Below are positions 11,424 through 23,311 of a stretch of 64,000 nt of DNA, in pieces. Position 1 is the first letter of the stretch, and the number at the start of each line of letters is the position of its first letter. This stretch comes from Octopus sinensis (Eukaryota): positions 82,832,001 to 82,896,000 of the forward strand of contig NC_043000.1 in NCBI RefSeq assembly GCF_006345805.1, given 5' to 3'. A program made the position numbers and the translations under genes. The notes below the pieces were generated by a model. That model made no database searches, was not told where the DNA came from, and saw nothing but the letters and a program-made list of their open reading frames with translations.

Positions 11424-14248
11424 TCAGGTGTAGTGTTGGCGAATCTCAGAAAGCATGGAAGTTTTGAAGGATGCAGTGCTCCGACAACTAACAACTGATG
11501 CCGGCAGTTTGTTCCATGCTTCAGCAACTCTCAGCGTGAAAAAATGTTTCCTAAAGTCATGGGAGCTGTGCTGTTTTCTGACTTTGTAAATATGTCCACG
11601 GGTGTTAGACGGGTGGAGTTTGAAAAGGTGCTCAGAGTTATTGTTTGTACGATGGTTGATAATTTTATGGGTATCTGCCAAGTCAGCTGCCAGACGTCGG
11701 AGTTTCAATGTGTCCATGCCCAGGGAAGTAAAGCGTTCAGAATATGGCAAATGCCTGATGGAGGGTATTCTTTTGGTTGCACATCGCTGAACGGCTTCCA
11801 GACGATTGATATCCTGGGCAAGATAGGTGTTCCAGACCGGTGATGCAAATTCCAGGTGAGGTCTTACCATAGCTATATAAAGCCGCAGATAGATAGTCGG
11901 AGAGCGGCTCACAAAGGATTTGGTGAGTGATGCCAAGGCACCCTCAGCCTTCTTGACAATTTTAGCGATGTGTTTTGTCCAATGCAAATCACTGTCGACA
12001 CTAACACCCAGGTCACGTTCACCTGAAGACTTTTAGAGACAAGTGTTGTGGAGGGAGTAGGTGGACGCTGGTTTTCTCCTCCCAAAATGCATAGTGGTAC
12101 ATTTGTCCACAGCCAGCTTGAGTTGCCAGTCCATGATCCACTGCTGCATTGTGTCCAGGTCTGCTTGCAATAGAGATCTATAGTGTACAGGATCTGGCCT
12201 CTTTATTTCAATTTACAGCTTGATGTCATCTGCATATTTCAACACTGTGGCATTCTTTAAGTTGGCATCTATGTCATTAACATAAGTAACAAATAAAAGG
12301 GGGCCAAGAACAGATCCCTGTGGTACACCAGATGTCATCTCATAGGGCGAAGAGTGCTGTCCTAGAACTGTGACAACCTCTTTTCGGCCGAAAACAAAGG
12401 ACTTCAAACAGTTATAGAGTTCGTCTCTTACGCCCAACGCAGAGAGCTTCACCATAAGTCTTTTGTGTGGCACAGAGTTAAAAGCCTTAGCAAAGTCCAG
12501 GTAAACAACATCCACCCAGGATCCGCGATCAGTGATTTGGGTAACGTCCTCAAGAAACTCGATGAGTTGATTACAGCAGCTAGAGTTAGGAATAAATCCA
12601 AATTGTGACGGCTGGATGAGGCTGTGAGACTTCCAGAAGTTCCAGAGGGTTTCTCTGACACAGGATTCCATCAGTTTGGCGATGCAGCTAGTAAGACTAA
12701 CGGGGCGATAGTTGACAGGCGATGTGCGGTCGCCTTTTTTGAACAGAGGGATAACACTGGCAGTTTTCCACTGTTCTGGAGTAACACCATTGTCAAGACA
12801 GAATTGGAAGAATAGAGAAAGTTGGCTTAGAAGAAAGTACCCACCGCGTTTGAGAAGTTAGGTATGTAACACCATCGAGACCAGGAGAGGCATAGTTGCG
12901 TTTATTCTTAAGGTGGCGTTGTAGCATTGCTGGTGTAAATTGCATAGTAGATATAGAGTCCGATGTCAGTGGTGATGAAAATGGAACATTTTGGTCTTCG
13001 ACAGTAAAGATGCCGGCATAGCATCCAGCAATGATTTCTGCACATTCTTCGGGATTGCCAGTAATCTGTCCTGTGTGGGGATTGCGAAGGGAACCAACTG
13101 GAGAGTGGGGTCTCTGCTTTGAGTGCACATACTTCCAGAACACTTTGCTGTCAGGGTTAGTTGCAATGCGTTGTTCAAATCCAAGCACTGCCTTTTTTGT
13201 CACCTGCTTGAGGTGGTTGGCTGACCTATTGCGCTTTTTCCTGTTGCTCTCTGATTTGTGCAATTTGTATTCCTGTTCAGCATTACGGCGTTCTTTCCTG
13301 GCAAGTCGGACTGCTGCAGTCTCCCAAATTGCACTATTGGGTGTTTTTTTGTGTGCTTGCGCGGTACTGATGCTTCACATGCCGCCCATATTGAATTCAG
13401 AATGTTCTGGAGTATAGTGTCCACATCTCCAGAGGCATAAAATTCGAGCCAGTTTGGGCGTTGCAGCTCAGTACAATAAGAGCTCCAGTCTGCTTTATTC
13501 CAGTCAAAGCGGGCAGTCTGAAGATGGTTGTGTTTTTTTTGTTACAACCAATCAGAGATAAGTCGGCCATGATCATGGAATGATCAGAGTCACCTAAAGG
13601 TTCTTCAGTAGTGACACTAATGATTGTTTCAGGAGAAGCGGTAAGTAGCAGATCCAAAGTGTTGTTGCCCCTTGTGGGGGAGGTAACGACTTGAGACCAA
13701 TTTGAATTCAGCACCAGTTCAAGGAAATCGCCTGCACTTTGCGGCCAACAGAAGGCCTCCCAGTCAATCTCAGGGAAATTGAAGTCGCCTACAATATAAA
13801 CATACGCGGCTGTTTTCATGGCAGCAGCTCTGAGGATATCAAAAAGCTGTGCGTCTTGACGATAATTTGGGGGGCGGTAAATGACTCCGAGCAGAGGTGT
13901 TGACATGGTCATGTGTATATTGCAGAAAAATACTTCCTGCTGAGATTGGTTCAAATCATCACAGGGGATTGCCGATAGATTTGATCGAACATAAATCATC
14001 ACACCCCCTCCACGGCGATTAATGCGGTCTTTGCGGAACAGGTTGTAGCCGGCTATGCTGAAAACTCCATCACAGAATGCAGAGTGTGCCCATGTTTCCG
14101 TGACTGTGATGAAATCTGGGTTGATACTTTTGACGTAGGAGTCAAAAAGATGCACCTTGTTGCATAAACTACGGGCTTTCAAGGACAGCAGTTTATATCT
14201 GGATTTCAGATGATGATATACAGGGGATGGCTGATTGTTTTTGATTAA
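11424..14248 (-). pseudogene. LINE ORF2: apurinic endonuclease + reverse transcriptase, frameshifted
   Basis: Track pieces 13397..14182 (ITVTETW, GGGVMIY, IYRPP, VGDFN, TLDLL, SDH), 13200..13424, 12793..13263, 12213..12671 (LDFAKAFNSVPH, YADDIKL) and 11424..11987 are collinear; at least 4 frameshifts and 1 stop. Confidence 0.92.
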
Positions 14249-15546
14249 TTTCCCAAGATTTTTGTATTGCCAGTTGTTGTTGTGGGTGCAGTCTGCTCAG
14301 TCCAACTGGCATCCCTTATCCACGATTCACCAGACTTGACAAATTTCCAGATTTGCCCATCATCGCGAAGGCTAAAACTCTCCTGTGGGACAGAGTTGCG
14401 ATTTAGGGAAGCTACAGATCTTAGCTTTGGGCGTACATCAGGTGGTAGGCCAAGACGTGTTCTAAAGTTGATTACGTTGTCACGCCGAGCTCTATCAGCA
14501 GCCAGATGGAATGTCCGCGCCTCAGTAAAGCCCGTAAACAACAGCCTGATCAGCCTGGGTTTGGTTCCCGGTCGGCCAAGGAGGGAAGCACTTTTTGGAG
14601 GGACACAGCTGAGGTCCCTAGCTGTGTTTCCAATGAATGCCTGCAGATCTACCACATCTTCCGGCACTCCAATGGCAATTAATTCATGAGTGACTGGTTC
14701 AGCAACTCCCTCGATGCGTTGAGGTTCCGTACGACCCACAGGTAAGTTGCTGAGCAAGGCACTCCGGTACGACCCTTTGCTGTGAGTTGTCGCACAGACA
14801 CTGGTTCTGATTCCTGCTATTTCATGACTCAAAGCAGAAATCATTCGTCTAATTTCTGCAACTTCTGTGCTGATGTTCGATTTCTGCTCTAGTTGAGAAG
14901 TATCAGGAGAAGAGGGCATGGTTGGTTTTTGTTCCTGCTGATTTACTTCAGCTGTAATGATCAATTTTTGTTGTCGAAAAGCAATAGGGGAGGAAGACAC
15001 AGGAGGCTTAAGTTTCTGTTTTTGTTGATATTCTTCAACATGAATGGCCGATTTTTGTTGCTGCTGTTGAAGAGTGACAGGGTAGGAAGACGCGGGCGGC
15101 TTTAGTTTTTGCTGTTGTTCTTCAACAGGACTGGTTTTGGGAGACAAAGTAGTCAGCTTTTGCTGTTCAGCAGCAATGGCAGCGGAAGACACGGTTGTCG
15201 GGTTTTGTTGTTGCTGTTCAGCAGCAACGGTGGCAGGGGACACACAAGTCAGGCACTGAAACGACCAGTTTGGTAGCTGGACCATTTCCCAGAGTTTATC
15301 CATCATAGAAGTATGGTGTCCTTTTTTTTGACCTGGGATCTTCTAAAAGTTTGTGGCACATTGAAAGCAGATCGAAACACGACAGTTACTGCATTCAACC
15401 CATCTATTTCGGAAGGAATTTTCGAGTTTTGTGCATAGATGACAGATGTGATTTGCCGGGCAACGTTCTATTTTAGGACAGCGACCAGTTTTGTCGCACG
15501 GCTCATCCACGGATGATACCGTGGCAGTTTTGTTCTGTCTGCCCAT
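14245..15546 (-). pseudogene. LINE ORF1: Cys-rich PHD-like finger, Q-rich repeats, coiled coil, RRM-like region; one in-frame TAG
   Basis: Track ORFs 15343..15696 and 14245..15306 are in the same frame, separated only by TAG at 15345-15343. From ATG 15546: CHLC..WVECSNC..CFQC..WSFQCLTC, later LIAIGVPE..LLGRPGTKPRLIRLLF. Confidence 0.8.
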
Positions 15547-16934
15547 CTGTACCGTAGTGCAAGGTAAACAAAGAAAGAAAAAGAAAAAACACTGAAGATA
15601 TAGCACACTTGTTAGGAAGATAAATAAGATGTTATTATTTGTTGTTGTTATTGTTGTTAACTGTTTTCGCTTTCCCCATTGTATGTGTGTATACAAGATG
15701 CAATTATATGTGTAATCAAGAGATGTAAGAAGTCAATGTTTATAATGTACGCACTTGTTAGGGAGATAAATAAATAAATAAATATGTACAGACACATAAG
15801 GACAAATATATTTTTCCAGTAATTATCTGAACGACTAAAGTAAATGTCAATTAACAGACGATAAACTCTCTGACGAATCGTAATGCGTAAGTCCAAATGT
15901 GGAAATAGGTTTCGATCACCGATGGGAGCAATTTCAAATTTTAGCACACACACACTCTGCAAACGATGGTTAAATCGAAACAGACAAGAAATAATTTTAA
16001 ATAGTACTACGAATATGTGTGTGTATGTATGTGAAATTACAAACATTGGAATTCAATCTCATGAATCGAATTCCTATGGAATAATTGTAAATTGATGTAA
16101 TAAAAGGATTTGCTCACTCCATTCTCTGCAGATACTTGTGGATTTTCAGGCATATGTTTAATAAAAACTATCTCCGGATTGTTAGCCTCTCTGTTAGCCC
16201 GTATCCATAGGTAAACTCCTGGGTTAACAACCGAATAAAATTATTATGTGTGTGCTTGTGTGCACATCTATGCGCACCGGTGTGTATTTGCATCTGCACA
16301 TCAGTGAAGACACGCGCACGTGAATGTGCATGCATAAGTCTCTATTTCTTTATGCAATTTCTACTCTGCACTTTTTCATTTACATTTCGATTATATAAAT
16401 ATGTATACGTTCCAAAATAACTCGCTTCGCCAGTGATTTGGAACGTTTTGTTTTGTGTCTTGTTGCAAATAGATATATCATTATCATTATTACTGCCTCC
16501 TAAACGTTTCATCAAGAGAATCTTTTTCATATAAGCGGGCCATTTATACTTTAACACGCAGTTTAAGCCTAACCTTAACACTTACGTTAAACCCTAATCC
16601 TAACCCTAAATCCTAACACCAACACAAATGAATCTCTGTGCAGCTTCCAGATTGTCCTTCGTGTTCCTGACGTGAGTATAGCATTGTCGTTGGTGGGTTG
16701 TAGGAACATATTTGTATCTTGCATCTATTTTACTTTGCTGACGTGTTTATCTTATTGTTTGTAATATTACTTTTGTGAAGTGAGAAAATTACCATACACC
16801 AAAGTAGCTTTTGTTTTCTTGCTGGTCGTCATGGAAGTGGCTTTTGATTGGTGGTTGGGGAAGCAAAAATACATCTCCAATCTGGAGATGACTCTACTTT
16901 CAGGCGTTATAGATAATTCTTTCTTTCTACTTTG

Positions 16935-17080
16935 GGCACAAGGTTTGGTATTTGGGGTGAGGGCTAGTCGATTTCTCTGACTCCCGGTTCTGATTTCCTC
17001 GACCACGAAAGGATGAAAGGCAAATTCGACAACTAAGCAATTTGTCCAGTGTGCTAACGATTCTACCTGCTCCACGCCTT
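16935..17080 (-). mobile_element. Meta/Sauria-like SINE, degenerate
   Basis: 'tcgaccacgaaaggatgaaaggcaaattcgac...gctaacgattctacc' is the reverse complement of the 9188 family. Confidence 0.7.
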
Positions 17081-17224
17081 TCCAGGTGCTATAGATAATA
17101 TCATCTACTAGTATTGCACAGGTGTGGGTAAACCACTTTGGTGTTTCAAGACTGCGGATTTTACATGTGTATGTGTGTGTATATATGTGTATGTATGTCT
17201 GTGTATGTGTATATGTGTTTATGT

Positions 17225-17267
<43 letters not shown>

Positions 17268-18257
17268 TATGCGTGTGCGTGTATGTGTGTGCGCGCATGT
17301 GTGAAGGAGGGTACAGGGACATAATTAAGAGAACGGATGGCATCGATCACCTTACCTGTTTTATTGTGTAGGATGAGACAAAAGTGAAATTCATATGCCG
17401 CCAATATTTATTCAATGCACAACCGTCAGACCTCCGAGTAGTTTGCTGATTTAGACTATGAGAGGATTTGAGGATTTGTAGAATAGTAGAACAATGCGAA
17501 TTGGATTACCAAATGCTAGGAGAGTTGTGTAATGAAAACGTTCACTTCACAATCACGTGATTCCGTAATTGATCCCAAACGTGGTACCCTGCGTGTGTGT
17601 CTCTTATTATAGTATTGAACAGGGCTTCCAAAAGAAATTTTGCCAGACAGAACAAAACTGCTTCTGGTCCTGGATGGAGACAGTACTGTTAAAGTTCACG
17701 GGGCAATGAGATTTTCTTGAAATGGTAGGATAGGCGTCAGTTATTATTAGGCTTTTCAGATCCCGGACTATTATTATACTGGCTGAAACTCAGAGGCCCT
17801 GGTGTCGAATCAAGCCAGACCTTGTGAATGAAATTCAGTGGACTCAAAATGTATGGAAACCATTCAGATCCTGTGATGCCCTAAGTAAGTGTATTTTACC
17901 ATAATTCCGAATCAACCTAACCCATATAAAATTTAGTAGACGGAACCAGTATGGAAGCCTGTCGGAGGCAACTTTCGTATACTTCGATGGTAGACATAAT
18001 ACATTGTCCGGATTATTATGACTAGTGTCTGGCTGTCGAGTAAATTGAACGAGATTTACTTTGCTGCGCACCTTGGGACAGGTTCCTGGACAAAATTCAT
18101 CATGGCTTTCCACCACCAGTCTTGCACGGCTTGTAAAATGGGTTATGGGCAACTCCTCCATCTCTCATGAAGCCATAACTTATTTTTTACTTTTTAGTAA
18201 ACAGCATGATTTTTTTAAATAGCAATATTTCAGAATAATCCGCTTGTTGAAAGTCAC

Positions 18258-18288
<31 letters not shown>

Positions 18289-18445
18289 TGTTGTTGTTCT
18301 TCTTCTTCTTCTTGTTCTTCTTCTTGTTCTTGTTCTTCTTCTTCTTGTTCTTGTTCTTGTTCTTGTTCTTCTTCTTCTTCTTCTTCTTCTTCTTCTTCTT
18401 CTTCTTCTTCTTCTTCTTCTTCTTCTTCTTCTTCTTCTTCTTCTT
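18258..18445. repeat. Compound (TAG)n/(TTG)/(TTC)n microsatellite
   Basis: Directly visible; generates the poly-E/S/F ORFs. Confidence 0.95.
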
Positions 18446-18905
18446 TATTGAGCCTAGGTTTTCCCTGATCTAGCAAATATAATCAAGAACATTCTACGCG
18501 TGACGGCCCATAATTTCCTCAAGGCCACACCATCCGATGTACCTCTTTTAAAAGCCATCATGAGATAATATGAGGAGAATTTGACTCTTATATCTCACAA
18601 ATTTCGCCAAAACATCGGGGCTCCTTTGATGGTTAAACATCCAAAGGTTCATATCTTTATATATTTGACTACGAAATTTTGAAAAATAATTCTAACTTCT
18701 CTCTTTGCAGTGCCCGAACATGACCACAACCTCTGGCTGAGACCAATAAAAGAATGAGTGAAAGAATATGAATGCATATATACTATCAGACAAAACTACA
18801 TACCTTCATACAAACATTATGTACATATATACATACATACGTGTGAGTGTGTGTGTAAATAAGTATGTATGTATGTAGGTATGTACGTAGGTATGCAAGT
18901 ATATT

Positions 18906-18965
<60 letters not shown>

Positions 18966-19449
18966 CCATTCATTCATTTATACGCATATATAATTAAAGA
19001 ATACGCATAAATACAAAATACATACTTGTATATATACAATGCATACATATGTACAATACATTATACGTACATACATAAATACAATGCATGTATACATACA
19101 ATATATACATACACATTACACACATGCACACACACATACAATACATGAATGCATATAATACATGCATGCATACATACATACATACATACATACATACATA
19201 CATAAAACTGTCTATCCTGGTTTAAATACAGAAGCCACATTTATTGGGATGAGGAAATAGCTGTTAAACGTCTTTTATCAAATAAAATGGCGTCAGTTGT
19301 TAGACTTAAATATCGATCTTTTTTCAGACAAGAATGTCAAATGTCAGAAGACCTCGTTGGCGTCTAACAAATACATGGTGTTCACACTAATTATACCACG
19401 GACAATGAAACAATGAACCTATCTATCTATATCTATATTTCTCTTTCTG

Positions 19450-19481
<32 letters not shown>

Positions 19482-19528
19482 TGTATTTACACACACACAA
19501 ACATATTATAGGTGTGTGTATGTATAAC

Positions 19529-19600
<72 letters not shown>

Positions 19601-19699
19601 GTAAATATATGTATAGCTGTGTGTGTGTGAGAGTATGAGTGTGAATGCTTTGATATCTATATATATCTATATCTGTATCTATTTCTATCTAGTATGTAT

Positions 19700-20099
19700 A
19701 TATATATATCCTGCTGCAACACCTGCCCCTTCATCACCAACACCACTGCTGTCACCGGCTCCAACCAGCGAACTGTACGTATCAGACATTCTTTTACGTG
19801 CACTTCGTCTGGCCTCATATACTGTATTAAATGCAACCTCTGCGGAATGCTGTATATAGGACAGACGGGACGCCGTTTGTCAGACCGATTCGCCGAACAT
19901 CTGAGGAACGTTCGCCTACGGTTTTTCTCCCGTCGCACGTCACTTCCGCTCGGCCAGCCATTCCCCCGATGACATCTCAGTGTTTGGTCTCGCCCCACAC
20001 AACGGTCTTCCACAATCCAGGCTCCACTTGGAGCAACGCTTCATCTTCACCCTACAAACCACTACCCCACACGGACACAACACAGCCTCCTCCTCTTAG
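19700..20099 (+). pseudogene. Penelope-like element GIY-YIG endonuclease (C-terminal part, one frameshift)
   Basis: CCNTCPFIT..FTCTSSGLIYCIKCNLCGMLYIGQTGRRLSDRFAEHLRNV; after a shift near 19918, PVARHFRSASHSPDDISVFGL..RLHLEQRFIFTLQTTTPHGHN..TAG. Confidence 0.88.
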
Positions 20100-22445
20100 T
20101 GTCTGCGCTTCACCTCTCTTTCTCCCTACCCCCCTTTTTTATACAGAAACACACACGCATACCCACGTATCCACGAACACCCCCACATACCTACTTCCAA
20201 CACACCACACACATACAACCTACTTCTACGCACACATACTTCCACACCTATACACCCCCACACACACCCACGCGCACACACACATGCCCGTTCACACACA
20301 CACACATACATACATACGTACACACACAAACAAACAACCAAACATGCACATACATACACACATACATACATACACACACACATACATACATACATACACA
20401 CACACATACGTACATACATACTTTACATACATACATACATACACACACACATGCACACATACACGCATGCACACACACATACATACACACGCACACGTTT
20501 CCACGAATGCACGCACACATACATATATTTTATCCAGGCGCACGCTTTTTTGGGGTTGAGGGTTTGATGGAGTTCGGTTCTTGTGGTGTGGGTGTTCGGG
20601 GGTCCGCGCGCGCTTTGGCGCAGGCCTGGGGTGCGGCCGGCCCCATATGCGTGCGTTGTGTTGTTTGTGTGTTGTGTGTGTGAGTGTGCGTTCGTGTGTG
20701 TGTGTGTGTATACATACATACACACACACATGCATGCATGCACGCGCGCACAATACATACCTACATACATACACGCACACACACTTACACACATACACAC
20801 ATACATACATACATACACACATACATACCTACACACATACATACATACACACACATACACACATACACATACATACATACACAAGACATACATACATACA
20901 GACATACACCTATACACTCACACATACATACATACACACCCACATACACACGCACACGCATACATGCACACACACGCATACATACATTACATACGTACAC
21001 ACACATACTTACATACATACATACACACATACACACATACATACATACCTACACACATACATACATACACACACATACACACATACACATACATACATAC
21101 ACAAGACATACATACATACAGACATACACCTATACACTCACACATACATACATACATACGCACCCACATACACACGCACACGCATACACACACACACGCA
21201 TACATACATACATTACATACGTACACACACATACTTACATACATTCATACCTTCACTCATACATACATACACACACACACAAACATACACAGACACACAC
21301 CCATACATACATACACACATACATACACACATACACTTATACACACACGCTTACACACATACATACACACACATACATACATACACACACATACACACAC
21401 ATATACGCACATACACATATACATACACACATGCACACACACACATACATACGCACATGCATGCATACATACATACATACACACACATACACACATACAC
21501 GCATGCACACATACATACACACACACATACACGCATGCACACATACATACATACACACACACACACATACATACATACATACATACATACACATACATAC
21601 ATACATACACACACACACTTCCACACATACACACATACACACATACACACATACACACACACATACATACATACATACACACATGCACATACACATATAC
21701 ACACACACTCGCATGCACGCGCACACACATGCATGCACGCATGCCTGTGGGGTTTGCCTTTATCTCGGGTTCGCGTCTGGGCCGGTGCGTTGTGCCTGGG
21801 GTTTCTCATGCGCCTGTCACCGCAAGAGTATTTTCCATCATTCTTTCAGTTGCGAAGTGTGTCCTTGCATGCATATATATACACACATATAAACATATAA
21901 ACACACATATAATACCCCTGCATTTTGTACACACACGCACATACATACATACATTCACTCCCACGCACTTACACACACACGTTTACATATATATATACAA
22001 TACACGCACACACACTTACACACGTACAAACACACACGAATTCACATACACACCGACACATATACATACACACAACATATACCTCCACGCGCACGCACAC
22101 ATACACATACGTACACACATATAAGCACAGACACACACAAACATACGCACACCAAAACATGCGCACACATACGCACGAACACATACATACATGCACACAA
22201 TTATACATATACGCACATACAAGCACACACACACACCCACACATACACTTAGTTAAGCACAGTTACTCGCCATACACACAAAATAACGCACACGTTCACA
22301 CACACATACTACAACAAAACACACACACGAGACATATACACGCACACACACATTCCTCCCTGTTTCTGACCTGCCTTCCTGACTCGCTAACTGCTGCTTG
22401 CCACTAGCCATTGCCCACCATATACACACATACACACACACGCAC

Positions 22446-22490
<45 letters not shown>
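20100..22490. repeat. Complex (CA)/(CATA) low-complexity block with a ~202-bp internal tandem duplication and a short inverted (GT) stretch
   Basis: Visible; 'acaagacatacatacatacagacatacacctatacactc' at ~20880 and ~21082. Confidence 0.9.
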
Positions 22491-22491
<1 letters not shown>

Positions 22492-22499
22492 GTCATCTC

Positions 22500-22787
22500 G
22501 CACACCTTTGTTTACCATTCCTTCTTTGATTCTGCTCTCCTGTTTTTGAAAACATGCTCCTTCTTTTTTACCACTTCCACCTTTTCAGTATGTGGCCTCG
22601 TGAAGACCACTTGCATTTTTCCCCTCTGTCCTCCCACCTCGGGATCTTTCTTTCTCCTATGTTTCCGACGAAGAGCTCCGCTCGAAACGTCATACCTTCC
22701 TTCTTCCCTTCTTTCCTGAGCGTCCAATAATACTTTATTTGTTCCACATCCTCGCGTTGTTGTCTTTTTGTTTTCTTGTTTGGATTA

Positions 22788-22795
<8 letters not shown>
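22500..22795 (+). mobile_element. PLE-type terminal (pLTR-like) repeat carrying a hammerhead-like motif
   Basis: Pyrimidine-rich segment with 'ccgacgaagagctccgctcgaaacgtc', ending at a (TA)n run; downstream of the PLE endonuclease on the same strand. Confidence 0.5.
22658..22694 (+). ncRNA. Minimal hammerhead-like motif (variant core CCGACGA)
   Basis: CCGACGA-A-GAGC-TCC-GCTC-GAAA-CGT-C: stem II, palindromic ACGT stem III, GUC site. U4 to C change and weak stem I. Confidence 0.4.
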
Positions 22796-22828
<33 letters not shown>

Positions 22829-23047
22829 GACAGAATGGGATAGAAATCCAAGGCTGTGATGGATTTTTATCTCATTCTGTTAATTGTTTATATATATAAG
22901 CATGCTGATATAGGACCTACGTTGGACTCCTCATTCGCATAATCACTGAACCTGGAGCTTATCCATAGCACTTACCCAACATTACCTGACACCTTTGGGT
23001 CTTCTTGACACCATTACCTCTCATAACCTCAGTGTGTGTGTGTGTGA

Positions 23048-23297
23048 GGAAGCGCGTGGCTTAGTGGTTAGGGTGTCAGCATCATGACCGTAAGATTGTG
23101 GTTTCGATTCCTGGACCTTGCGACGCGTTGTGTTCTTGAGCAAAACATTTCATTTCACGTTGCTCCAGTCCACTCAGCTGACAAAAATGAGTAACGCTGC
23201 GATGGACCGGCGTCCCGTCCAGCTGGGGAACACATACGCCATTGAAACCGGGAAACCGGGCCCATATGCCTGGCTAGGCTTTAAAACGGCGCATTTA
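23048..23297 (+). mobile_element. tRNA/CORE SINE
   Basis: A box 'tggcttagtgg', B box 'gtttcgattcc', CORE-like 'ttgtgttcttgagcaaaac..gctccagtccactcagctg', (TTA)n tail. Confidence 0.85.
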
Positions 23298-23311
23298 TTA
23301 TTATTATTATT

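Larger units (their letters stand above)
11285..15546 (-). mobile_element. Near full-length CR1-group LINE (ORF1 + APE-RT ORF2), disabled; 5' UTR extends an unknown distance beyond 15546
   Basis: ORF1 with Zn finger, ORF2 with APE and RT (GVPQGSVLGPLLF, YADD), C-terminal RGH..K..RKHFFTLRVAEAWNKLP, 3' UTR ending in (ATT)3 at ~11286-11296. Confidence 0.93.

Noticed and set aside
11544-14689. Plus-strand ORFs 11544, 12624, 13031, 14267
   Set aside because: Antisense shadows of the LINE ORFs.
17844-18161. 105-aa ORF, possibly an RTE relic
   Set aside because: No motif I could match with confidence.
18180-18476. Poly-E, poly-S and poly-F ORFs
   Set aside because: (TTC)n repeat artefact.
20099-22483. 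Long ORFs up to 513 aa (HT/YI/CV-rich), and similar ones at 8, 2394, 17138, 30926, 42435
   Set aside because: Translations of CA/CATA/TA microsatellites; no coding signal.
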